Source of the DNA: Octopus bimaculoides
Lineage: Eukaryota
Direction of reading: 5' to 3'
DNA: 64,000 nucleotides
Assembly (NCBI RefSeq): GCF_001194135.2
Contig: NC_069001.1
Span: 11,936,687-12,000,686, forward strand
Shown here: positions 13,999-25,137 of the stretch, one piece after another
Layout: each line of letters opens with the position of its first letter
Position numbering within the stretch: the stretch's first letter is position 1
Translations under genes and position numbers: made by a program
The notes under the pieces: generated by a model
Told to the model about the DNA's origin: nothing
Databases searched by the model: none
The model's input: the letters and a program-made list of their open reading frames with translations, nothing else

Positions 13999-14180
13999 GA
14001 ACAGAAAGGGTGCCGAAAAAAAGCCGGGGTACGAAAGATCAGCTCTTAATTGATGATCTAATTATGAAGAACTGCAAGTGAAGACAGAGAAACCTGAGCA
14101 TGGCACGGGTTGACTATCGTAATGCATATGATATGATACCACACTCCTGGTTAATCAGAGCAATGGAAATGTATTCTGTT
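13999..14180 (+). mobile_element. R4/Dong RT fragment (N-terminal RT motifs)
   Basis: [58 protein letters not shown]; matches the EQKGC..[22 protein letters not shown] signature. Confidence 0.9.
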
Positions 14181-14722
14181 GTTATTCCATGGTGTTGGCA
14201 TTATTTCCCAACTCTGTCTTGTATGTCAATATATACCTTCTTAGCCAAGACTGGGCAGCCAGAGACAATATAGTTTCTGATTTCTTGTCCATCTCCACGT
14301 ATTCTGCAGTTACTACTTGTGATGGTTCTTTTCATTATATGCTTTTGGTAATTTCTGGTGGGAAGGCTTTGGTGTTGTACTGCAATTAAAAGTCCTTCAG
14401 TCTCTGCTTTAAATCCTGAGCTTCTCAGCCATTGTAGGGATTTTGCTTTGTCTATTTATTTCGCGCATAATTTAACTCAGTATTTGCCATCGTTTTATCA
14501 TTAACCTTTGCTGTCCCAGTTTTAGTTTGCCTTGCATCTGTTTTGCAGCTTTTGTTGTTTCTTCTTTTTCTTCATCGTTGTTAGGTACTATGACTTCTTT
14601 TTTATATTTGTCAGATTCCCTGAAGACTGAAAACAGTTTTTTTGGTTTTGTTCATGCTTTGTGGCTATCTGTGTTAGTTTTCCTTGCTTCTGAAGTAGGT
14701 ATCTTTGCAACCCTATGGTGGT
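14181..14722 (-). mobile_element. R4/Dong post-RT region with degenerate CCHC zinc knuckle
   Basis: Minus strand TTIGLQRYLLQKQGKL..KSLQWLRSSGFKAETEGLLIAVQHQSLPTRNYQKHI..CRIRGDGQEIRNYIVSGCPVLAKKVYIDIQDRVG. Confidence 0.85.
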
Positions 14723-14754
14723 TATTATTATTATAATTATAATTATAATTATTA

Positions 14755-14831
<77 letters not shown>

Positions 14832-14859
14832 ATTACAATTAGTATTATTATTCGCGTAT

Positions 14860-15045
14860 TCGTTAGCACGCCGGAGCAGAATGCAATCGTGGCATTTCAT
14901 CCGTCTTCACGTTCAAATTCCGACGTGGTTGACTTCGCCTTACATCCCTTCGGGGTCGATAAATTAAATACCAGTGAATCACTGGGGTCGATGTAAACTA
15001 GTAGTCTCCTCTCCCAAATTGTCTGACCTTGTGTGCTTTTAATAA
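14860..15045 (+). mobile_element. Octopus SINE (GGCGG-start family), 5'-truncated
   Basis: TCGTTAGCACGCCGG...TTCAAATTCCG...CCTTCGGGGTCGATAAATTAAATACCAG; homologous to 8704-8915. Confidence 0.8.
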
Positions 15046-15057
15046 AAATGATCATTG

Positions 15058-15126
<69 letters not shown>

Positions 15127-15427
15127 TAGTATTATGATTGTTCTTGCTATTGCTGTCGTAGATTTCTGTTTGTTATTTCTATAGACGATGATTATCGGTT
15201 CTTATCATTATCGAGATTTCTATTTCTTATGTATGTAAGATTCTGTTATTGGCAGTAATCACTTCTAAAGAACATTATATGTGCACAGACACAGACAAAG
15301 ACAAACACACACACATACACACACACATACACACACACACACGCAACATACACAAACAAGCAAACACAGACACAGGACACATACAGACACGCACACACGC
15401 ATATATATATATATATATATATATATA

Positions 15428-15972
15428 CAGGGTGTCCCAAAACTAAAGCAATCATATTGCTATATTTCTAACCGAGCGTTGCAATGCCTTGATAAAAGAG
15501 ACACAGTCAAGATACTACCACATTTATTCGATATCATCACGTATGTTTCAAATCACATTGTTAAGTCTTCGTGCAAATGCTTCACACGCGGCACGCAGCT
15601 GTTCTTGCGGAATCGAAGCCCATTTCTGGTGCAGTTGTGGTTTCAGTACGTCGAGCAAGGCATGAGCAATTTTTGAGAACCTCGTCTTCAAAATGGACAA
15701 AACAGAAAATTCCAACGCGTTCAGATCGGGGTTTCTTGAGATCTATACATCCTTGACTATCAACGACGGAATATTTTTCCGAATCCAGTGTTGTGTCTGT
15801 TTGGAAGCTCAACGTTGCGCTTTGAAAGTGGTCATTTGCCTATGGAAGCAGTTCATCTTCCAGAATCTCGCTAATGTACCGCTAGGTGTTAATGTGAATA
15901 CCAGATGGTACAAAATCGAACTAAGACCTTTCAGTGAGTATCACAGCCGCCCAAATCTTAACTGACTGTGGA
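15428..15972 (-). mobile_element. Tc1/mariner (maT/DD37D-like) transposase 3' half with one TIR
   Basis: Minus strand PQSVKIWAAV..DFVPSGIHINT*RYISEILEDELLP*..SFQTD..NPDLNALEFSVLSILK..KWASIPQEQLRAACEAFARRL. Terminus TA|CAGGGTGTCCCAAAA at 15426-15442. Confidence 0.85.
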
Positions 15973-16916
15973 TTTTGACGTCTACTCACTGTAGACTTGT
16001 AGCCTACACTCTAGACTTGTAGCCTACACTCTAAAGTCAATCATTCTGGTGGTTTATCGCTTGTGTGATGTCAAATTTCTTTTCATTTTTTACGATAGAC
16101 AAAGTAGATACTGAAGGAAAAGTAGCCCATGCAGGTATGAACCGTTTAATGAAACTATTGTTCTCTTAATTGTTCATATTAGCATCATATTTGATTCCAG
16201 ATGTATTTGTTTAGTTGTTTCTTTCAGGGTCTTTCTGTTTGTCTCAGAGTTGACGTGCTAAATTCATTTCTAAACGATAGAAGTATTATGTGTATAGAAA
16301 TGTTCTCTTTTTTAATACCTGCTATAAAAATAGTGAAGCTTTTATTTCAACTGTGATTTATGTCAACATTCATTTTACTAACAATACAATGCTGTATATA
16401 GCACACATTCAGATAATCACTTCAGCAAATCTGGAAAATTCTAGCAATATAGAGATTTTAAGAGCATCGAGGATTACACAATTCAATATTTTTCTTCCAT
16501 GCTTTGGATCTTTCCATTATTATTCTTATTGTTCTGAGAGCAATAAATCCTAAACGTTAACTCTTTTTGTAGTTAATGAGTTATTATATTAATAAATTCA
16601 ACAATTAATGCATTTCCCATCAGACGATAAGAAAGATATATATGGAAACACATCATTAATATTCCAGAGCGTTCATTTCAATAATTTCTAAATAATTTTA
16701 TGAGCCCATGAAATCATTTCATCAGTAAGAGTTAATCCAAATTAATCCAGTTATACGGATCGTTGTAATTGGTTAAGCGTAAGTTTGGGAACATTCGTTT
16801 TTAACGCGGCATAAATATGGAGTTGTAATGCTACTGGTAACGTGCCGTGCATTTAAAGCAAGTCATAGATTATGCATTCATACATGCATTCACACATACA
16901 TATATACATATGTATG

Positions 16917-16950
<34 letters not shown>

Positions 16951-17180
16951 TGTATGTATGTATGTATGTATAGTTATCGCCAAGCAAACATGGCAGTCCT
17001 AAAAATACGACNNNNNNNNNNAGTTATCGCCAAGCAAACATGGCAGTCCTAAAAATACGACGAATGCAGCCGTTGATTAGCTCCAAGAGGCCATCGCCTC
17101 TAGCTAGCCATGTGACACACGAACCTGTGTCCATTATAACTTTCGATCAGGGGAGGTCAGCCGCTTCCCCATGCTGGTCT

Positions 17181-17232
17181 GGCATCTACAGACTAGTTTC
17201 GGGGTATTGCCCCTTGTCAATGTAAAGCAGCC
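17181..17232 (-). ncRNA. Minimal type I hammerhead ribozyme motif, copy A (U3-A8 core variant)
   Basis: Minus strand: stem I UUUACA, core UUGACAA, stem II GGGG-CAAUA-CCCC, GAAA, palindromic stem III (A)CUAG(U), cleavage triplet GUC, stem I partner UGUAGA. Confidence 0.75.
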
Positions 17233-17288
17233 GAATTTAGGTAAATAATCCTTCGTACAAACGCTCCCTAGCAACGCCTGCTGGGTTC

Positions 17289-17340
17289 GGCTGCTCTACA
17301 TCGATAAGAGGCAATACCTCGAAACTAGTCTGTAGATGCC
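17289..17340 (+). ncRNA. Minimal type I hammerhead ribozyme motif, copy B (U3-A8 plus U4C core variant)
   Basis: Stem I UCUACA 17295-17300, core UCGAUAA 17301-17307, stem II GAGG-CAAUA-CCUC 17308-17320, GAAA, CUAG, UC 17329-17330, stem I partner UGUAGA 17331-17336. Confidence 0.7.
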
Positions 17341-17501
17341 AGACCAGCATGGGGAAGTGGCTGACATGGTTCTGGATTTAATCCCACTGCGAAATCCCTC
17401 TCGCCTAATATATCATGTCCTTTCTTTTCCAATTGTACTGTGTAGTCTGATGACAACACCGCGAACTAACGTAAATATTCATCTGAAAAAATTTGTCAAT
17501 A

Positions 17502-17772
17502 CAGTAATCCTCGCCATATCGCGGTTCACCTATCATGGTTCACCTATCATGCTTCACCTATCGTGGTTCACCTATCGCGGTATATTATTTACTTGTATAT
17601 AGTTGTATATTATTTAAGCTTACGTCGATTCCTCGGTGCTGTTGTTTTGCATTTATAATAAAAGAAATACAAATTATAAAAATTATTTTAAAAAATTATT
17701 TTTCTACTTCGCGAATTTTTACCTATCGTAGCGTTTCCGAACATAACACTCGCGATAGTCGAGGGATTACTA
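17502..17772. mobile_element. pogo/Tigger-like MITE with TIRs and TA flanks
   Basis: Left TA|CAGTAATCCTCG, right CGAGGGATTACTA|TA. Internal 14-bp unit GGTTCACCTATCAT x4 at 17523-17578. Confidence 0.8.
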
Positions 17773-18134
17773 TATATATATTTTTTCAAAATTTAAATCC
17801 ATGTATTCTATTGTATCATAAAAGCATGTTCTAACGACATACATAGTATAAACATTAATCCTCGACAAAACGAGTTGTCAATGATCGCAGTAAATGCTAC
17901 ATAAAGACACGTTATCCGAACTAAGTTTTTAATCTATAAATATAAAACTAACATGTACTTCATAATTAAATTATGCTCTACAGTTGTTTGAATTTTATAA
18001 TCATCATGATTTTTGTATTGGTGTAATTTGCTTACATCACTGATAAAAGCGATGTGTTAACCATTTGGGTTTAGAAATTTGTGCTAACCATACCGTCGAA
18101 ATATAACATAATCAAGTACCAATTACTGATTAAA

Positions 18135-18220
18135 TTGCAAATAATGTACACTTCTATTACTTTATGTTCGTCATAATTTGCAAATAATTTACACTCCTAT
18201 TACTTTATCTTAGTCATAAT
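18135..18220. repeat. 43-bp imperfect tandem duplication (2 copies)
   Basis: TTGCAAATAATGTACACTTCTATTACTTTATGTTCGTCATAAT followed by a copy with 4 substitutions. Confidence 0.85.
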
Positions 18221-18861
18221 TTTAACATAGCTCTATCGAATATTACTCGACTTGCCACTACTTCTAACCGGTAACAATTTGTGAATGGTTTTTTTTTTTG
18301 AAAAACCGTTTCTTTAGTATGTAATAATGATACAAATTACAAGAATTACTAATTGGTAAAATGGAATCAAAACTTAAAAGATTTTCAAGATTTTTAAAAG
18401 GTTCATTTAGATATAGACGTGCAGACATGTATACATTTACAAAAATGTTTTTGAAAGTATATTAATAAGCTACGTGATGGCGTGTACACTGTTATTTCAA
18501 AGAGGAAGTCGTATGAACATTTTATGTTCAAATAAAAAAAAACATCGTTAGTGGCTATACGCATTACTTTTTAATGTAGACTGACAAATATAGCTTTAGG
18601 ATTGACAGGAATATTTTTCTATGGTCTTTAAATGTCAAATATGATTCACGTTACATTGAAAATTGTACACTGATAAGAAACATTAAATTCGGTACCGTTT
18701 CAGTTGTTTCAAAACGTGATTAAGATTGTGCTTGTTAGAATTGCTTGTTAGTGTTGGTAACACTGTCTATGTATAAAGATAAACACACGCACATACACAT
18801 ATATATATATATAATCTTTATCTACACAACCAACATTTCTGTGCTTTTTCACCTTAAATCG

Positions 18862-18990
18862 GCAAAGTAGACCGATAGTGTAAATCCTAGGCTTACGAAG
18901 TATGAGTCCTGGAGGTCAATTTGCTCGACTAAAAGCAGTATTCCAGCATGGCCGCAGTCAAATGACTAAAGCAAGTAAAAGAGACTAAAA
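18862..18990 (+). mobile_element. Octopus SINE 3' half
   Basis: GACCGATAG...GTCAATTTGCTCGACTAAAAG...CCAGCATGGCCGCAGTCAAATGACTAAAGCAAGTAAAAGAG. Confidence 0.8.
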
Positions 18991-19435
18991 TAGAGGCAAG
19001 TCGAATAATATTCGATAGAGCTCTGTGAAAATTACGACGAACATAAAATAATAGAAGTGTTCATTATTATGTATTAAAATATTAATAGATGTATTCGTTA
19101 GCAATTTAATCTGTAATTGTTACTTGATAACCTTATATATCGACGTTATAATTAACACATCACTTTTATCTCTTATTTAAGCAAATTACACCAATACAAA
19201 AATCATGATGATTATAAAATTCAAACAACTGTAGAGCATAATTTAATTATGAAGTACATGTTAGATATATATTTATAGATTATAAACTTAGTTAGGATGA
19301 CGTGGTTTTACGTAGAATTTACCGCGATAATTGACAACTCGTTTTGTTGAGGATTAATGTTTATACTTTGTATGTCGTTAGAGCATGCTTTTATGATACA
19401 ATAGAATACATAGATTTAAATTTTGAAAAAAAAAA

Positions 19436-19558
19436 TATAGACTAATCCCTCGACTATCGCGGGTGGTACGCTCCAAAACCCCGCGATAGGTGAAAATCCG
19501 CGAAGTAGAAAAATAATTTTTAAAAATTATTTTTATAATTTATATTTCTTTTATTATT
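19436..19558. mobile_element. Truncated second copy of the pogo/Tigger-like MITE, inverted relative to 17655-17774
   Basis: TAATCCCTCGACTATCGCG...GCGATAGGTGAAAATCCGCGAAGTAGAAAAATAATTTTTT aligns to the reverse complement of the right end of the first MITE. Confidence 0.8.
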
Positions 19559-19647
19559 TTTTCAAAACACCACCATCGAGGGCCAATCTTTGCACGAATT
19601 TTTACTCGAAACATAACTAAGTTATACTCATATATACATACATATCT

Positions 19648-19698
<51 letters not shown>

Positions 19699-19777
19699 NN
19701 NNNNNNNNNNNNNNNNNNNNNNNNNNNNNNNNNNNNNNNNNNNNNNNNNNNNNNNNNNNNNNNNNNNNNNNNNNNNN

Positions 19778-19849
<72 letters not shown>

Positions 19850-19924
19850 CGCACACACTCTCACACACATATACACTCATATAAGCATACATACACACTC
19901 ACACCCACACAAATGTTCCTTCAA

Positions 19925-20592
19925 TCCTTAAATGATTATATGACCTGTATTAGACCTGTATCTCCCAATCTACACATCCTCGCAGACAAAACAAATAATA
20001 TTTACGAAACCAACATTTCCATACGCTCAAGACTCCTCGCAACACCATCACTAAAACATACAAAAGAACCTGTAATTCCAGAAACAATGATAAATACATA
20101 AGCAAAGAGCTGGTTACCTGTCTTAAGATACAGGATCACGTGGACCTTCTCGCCACGCGAACTCCCTCTCACACCGATATTATACTTAAGGAACATTAGC
20201 CTAATTTCAACCCTTTCAAAAGTGAAATAGGTATGATTAGCAAGTGTATTCTCGGTACTATCAACTCTGACATCAGACAGGCTACAGGGTTGAGTCAATG
20301 GCACTCTAGCACGGTATCGAGAATAAATCATCCTGCAAATTCATCCAGTTCGACATTGTTGACTTCTAGCCTTCCACATCTAAACCCCTCTTCCTGAAGG
20401 CCCTAGTTTTTTGCTGGACAATTTACCAGAATTAGTGATCTTTATGTCAGAATTATCATGAACACCAGACAGTCAATTCTGGTCCATTACGATTCCTTCC
20501 GGGTGAAGAGAGAAGGCAATCCAATGAATCATGTCTCTATAGGGAATTTTGAAGGGACTGAAATGGCCGGTCTAGTCCGGTTATACATATAT
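19925..20592 (+). mobile_element. Penelope-like element RT fragment (N-terminal RT motifs)
   Basis: LADKTNNIYE..ILKEH*PNFNPFKSEIGMISKCILGTINSDIRQATGLSQW..CKFIQFDIVDF*PS..IIMNTRQSIL..VSIGNFEGTEMAGLVRLYI; resembles the PLE FDIVDFYPSI and MGSYDGAEVCELVGLYI motifs. Confidence 0.85.
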
Positions 20593-20774
20593 AGAGGTCG
20601 GTCTTCTATAGAGACGGCGGCCTGGCTATCTCAAGCCATATGATAGTTCACCTTGGTAGACATCCCTTCACCACCACTCAGCTAGGCCATGTTCCGTGGA
20701 CCGTGCCTCCGTTCTTTCCCCCCGCAGCAGCCCCACCGTTACCCGTCTCCCGTTGTTCAAGAGGATATTGAACT

Positions 20775-20885
20775 CTTCCAGAGTATTTAGAGATTCTGTC
20801 CAGATTATGAAACAATCGTCAAGGTATCTCTTACATGCTTTTTCGATATAATTTCTAAATCCAGTGCTATCGTTTTCCTCTACTT
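20775..20885 (-). mobile_element. Penelope-like RT catalytic-motif fragment
   Basis: Minus strand GFRNYIEKACKRYLDDCFIIWDRISK (RYLDDCFIIW). Confidence 0.7.
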
Positions 20886-20989
20886 ATTGGCAGATTTCCC
20901 ATTAGATATCTCATTATATATAGATATCCCATTATATTAGATATCCCATTAGACATCCCATTATATATGTAGATATGCCATTATATATA

Positions 20990-21205
20990 AAGGGTCGGCC
21001 AAAATTATCCGACAGTGAATCAAAATTCCATAGATATTATTTGTAATCCTGTATTGACTCGTATGGAAAGATGCGTCGCTTAAGGACTTTAGTTTGAACA
21101 ATTTTCGTGATGTTTCGTATTTGGATGCATTTATTAAATTCACTCAATTGTTAAACATGAATAAATCGTTAGATTTACTGTGAGGTGACTTGTAGCCAAC
21201 CCTGG
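20990..21205. mobile_element. Possible small mariner-like MITE
   Basis: Imperfect termini AAGGGTCGGCCAAAA and, reverse-complemented, CAGGGTTGGCTACAA in TA-rich context; about 14 of 21 positions match. Confidence 0.3.
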
Positions 21206-22029
21206 GTGTATATATATATATATATATATATNNNNNNNNNNNNNNNNNNNNNNNNNNNNNNNNNNNNNNNNNNNNNNNNNNNNNNNNNNNNNNNNNNNNN
21301 NNNNNNNNNNNNNNNNNNNNNNNNNNNNNNNNNNNNNNNNNNNNNNNNNNNNNNNNNNNNNNNNNNNNNNNNNNNNNNNNNNNNNNNNNNNNNNNNNNNN
21401 NNNNNNNNNNNNNNNNNNNNNNNNNNNNNNNNNNNNNNNNNNNNNNNNNNNNNNNNNNNNNNNNNNNNNNNNNNNNNNNNNNNNNNNNNNNNNNNNNNNN
21501 NNNNNNNNNNNNNNNNNNNNNNNNNNNNNNNNNNNNNNNNNNNNNNNNNNNNNNNNNNNNNNNNNNNNNNNNNNNNNNNNNNNNNNNNNNNNNNNNNNNN
21601 NNNNNNNNNNNNNNNNNNNNNNNNNNNNNNNNNNNNNNNNNNNNNNNNNNNNNNNNNNNNNNNNNNNNNNNNNNNNNNNNNNNNNNNNNNNNNNNNNNNN
21701 NNNNNNNNNNNNNNNNNNNNNNNNNNNNNNNNNNNNNNNNNNNNNNNNNNNNNNNNNNNNNNNNNNNNNNNNNNNNNNNNNNNNNNNNNNNNNNNNNNNN
21801 NNNNNNNNNNNNNNNNNNNNNNNNNNNNNNNNNNNNNNNNNNNNNNNNNNNNNNNNNNNNNNNNNNNNNNNNNNNNNNNNNNNNNNNNNNNNNCTCTCTC
21901 TCTCTCTCTCTCTCTCTCTCCGTCCTTGTCTAACCACATTTGTACAGGTACCTCATCTCTTGCACAAAACGATATTAGAGAACATTGCTCCATAAATGAA
22001 CACTGTGCCGGCAATGATGAAAGCGGTTA

Positions 22030-22318
22030 TTGTTGTTATTTTTGGTGTTGTTGACGTTGGTGTTTTCGTTGTTGTTGTCATCATTGTTGCTTTTGTTATT
22101 GTTTTTGTTGTTGTTGTTGTTGATGTCCTTCGTTTTGTTCTTGTTCTTTACCTCCTCTTCCTCCCTTTCTATTCCTTTTTTTCTTTTTTTCTTTTTCCTC
22201 TTCTTTTTTTTCTTCTCATTATTATTTTTTGTTTTTGTTGTTATTACTAATACTACCACTACTACTACTACTATTACTACTGCTGCTGCTGCTGCTGCTG
22301 CTACTGTCACTACTACAG

Positions 22319-22400
<82 letters not shown>

Positions 22401-22415
22401 CAATACTACCACTAT

Positions 22416-22454
<39 letters not shown>

Positions 22455-22460
22455 CACTAT

Positions 22461-22534
<74 letters not shown>

Positions 22535-22620
22535 GATTTTTTATTGTTGCTGTTCTTATTCTCATTATTATTTTTATTGTTTGTACTGTCATTACTTGTA
22601 TTATTATTGTCATCGATATA
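22030..22620. repeat. Compound trinucleotide microsatellite (GTT)/(CTT)/(ACT)/(GCT)/(ACC)/(ATT)
   Basis: Directly visible; source of the poly-T/V/L/S ORFs. Confidence 0.95.
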
Positions 22621-22936
22621 TATTTGCATGATATCCTGCAGCTTGTCATCATCCATATTTAAAACTTTAAAATGACAGTTAAACGAGATAATGAATAAAG
22701 GAAGACATTGAACTGAGGCTATTAAAAATGCATCAGAACATATATTGATAACCAGGTAAAAATACATGGAGAGAGCAGGCCAGAGAGGATAAGATAGAGA
22801 AAGGGTGAGAGCGAAAGTGGGAGAGAAAGTGGGAGTAAAAGGGAGCATTTAAACGGGAGTAGGTTTTTCCAATATATTGTGTATTAAACGAAAAATGATA
22901 TTGCTTGAAAATATAAAGCATCACATAGGCAAACCC

Positions 22937-22975
<39 letters not shown>

Positions 22976-23135
22976 NNNNNNNNNNNNNNNNNNNNNNNNN
23001 NNNNNNNNNNNNNNNNNNNNNNNNNNNNNNNNNNNNNNNNNNNNNNNNNNNNNNNNNNNNNNNNNNNNNNNNNNNNNNNNNNNNNNNNNNNNNNNNNNNN
23101 NNNNNNNNNNNNNNNNNNNNNNNNNNNNNNNNNNN

Positions 23136-23191
<56 letters not shown>

Positions 23192-23244
23192 TATCCTGTA
23201 TATATGTGTATAGATAGATAGATAGATTGATAGATAGATAGATT

Positions 23245-23304
<60 letters not shown>

Positions 23305-24067
23305 TATAGATATGCATATACTCTCCATTTTTTTATTGGGATGTTTTTACTGTTTTGTGTTTGTTTGTTCTTTTATTTTTGCAGCCTTTTAAAACTCCAA
23401 CTGATATCGCTTGAAGATTCGTTTTTATTGCCGTTATATAGCCAGATTATAGTTTTACAAGATTTATATATCATTTTATCGGCATGTGTAGACATGTGCA
23501 CCTGCTGGGATGTTTGTGTACCGATTTGTGTACACATGCATATGTTTCTACATATACGTCCATTTACGACCACCCCAAACACTCATATATCACCAGACAT
23601 ACGTATAGATGTTTATGTATTTTTAGATGAATATATATATTTACATATACCCACATACATATACAGACACAAACATAAATATATATACAGACATGACTGT
23701 GCATGTTTGTGTATGCGTGTGTGTGAGTGCGTGCGTATGTGTGTGTGTGTGTGTGTGTCTGTTTGTTTGTCTGTGTCTCTGTACGTATTATTATGTTACA
23801 AAAGAATTATGGATGCTTATGAAGATTACACGGAAACCAAAAACAGAGTGTCACACAGTATGCCATCTAGCACACACTCAGCAGATGCAACAATGTATAC
23901 AGACGCATATAAGTATACTTGCATACATACATAAATACATATACACATACATATATATATATGTATGTGTATATATATATATATATATATACATATACAT
24001 GTACATATATATATGTATATGTATATATATATGTATATATGTATATATCTATATATANNNNNNNNNN

Positions 24068-24166
<99 letters not shown>

Positions 24167-25137
24167 ATATATATGTACCCGCTTTTCGAATACAGAAAAA
24201 ACGATTGTTGTAAGCCTAAAGTGAAACATGCATAAATCATTGAAGAACTACAGCTGTGTGACGAAACACTTACATATTAATGAATCATTTTAGTAATTTT
24301 TTTTTTTTTTCATTTTATTAACAATAAATTTGATATAAACCTGAACAGCTACAAGTATTGGTGTATATGTAGCATCACCTATCCAATCCACAATAGGCTT
24401 ATGTATATATGTGTGTGTGTACTCGTGTGTGAGAATTCAATGTGTGTGTGTGTGTGTGTGTATGTGTGTATGTGTATGTATTGAAACCAGGGTCAAGTCC
24501 ATTGTGTCAGATGTTGAGAGGCAGCCTCTGGAATTTTGGCACATCTAATGAAACTGAAACACTTACAAAACAGTAATTCTGGATATATTATTATTATTAT
24601 TATTATTAGTAGTAGTAGTAGTAGTAGTAGTTTCATCAGCATCTTCTTTCAATTCTATTATCATTTCTTGCTGTGTGTCTTCCTAACAAGAAACATAATG
24701 CCTCTCTCATCACGAAGGAAACCATCCAGATGAAGGGGGATTATGTTTCTGTATTTGGAATAGTTAAAACCTCATTTATATCCTTTACTCGAATTCCCCC
24801 GAATCTGTATATATTTATTTTATCTACCCGTTTATCCCTGAATTTTATAAATTTTGATCTCCCATCCGACATTTCGTATAAACATCAAATTCTTAATCGA
24901 TTCGGACATTTCCTTTTGGAAGCCCTTACCTCGATTTTTTCTCTCTTTATGTGTCACTCCTCCATTCGGTACCTGAGCACAACGTACATGATGCATAGTT
25001 TTCATTTATGACTCTTACGTGTAATTTTGTTCACTTGGGCATCCTCTCGGTTTTTTTTTACCAAATTCACCCACACTTTTCTCCTACCAAATTCAGCGAC
25101 ATCGGTGCTATAACAGACGTAATTGCTCCAAGCATAC

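Larger units (their letters stand above)
17050..17365. mobile_element. Probable Penelope-like terminal-repeat remnant with inverted duplication
   Basis: 80-bp inverted arms 17156-17235 and 17286-17365 (6 mismatches), each holding a hammerhead motif. Same layout as the PLE at 40510-41810. Confidence 0.55.

Noticed and set aside
16972-17051. 40-bp direct repeat (AGTTATCGCCAAGCAAACATGGCAGTCCTAAAAATACGAC) flanking 10 Ns
   Set aside because: An exact duplicate on both sides of a minimal gap indicates an unmerged contig overlap, not a real repeat or target-site duplication.
17523-17578. Short regular repeats considered as CRISPR-like
   Set aside because: The units are contiguous with no spacers and lie inside a eukaryotic MITE.
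21921-22054. Cys-rich frame HICTG..HCSINEHCAGNDESGYCCYFWCC resembling a toxin
   Set aside because: The cysteines come from the adjacent (TGT/GTT)n repeat. There is no start, signal peptide or splice support, and it borders a gap.
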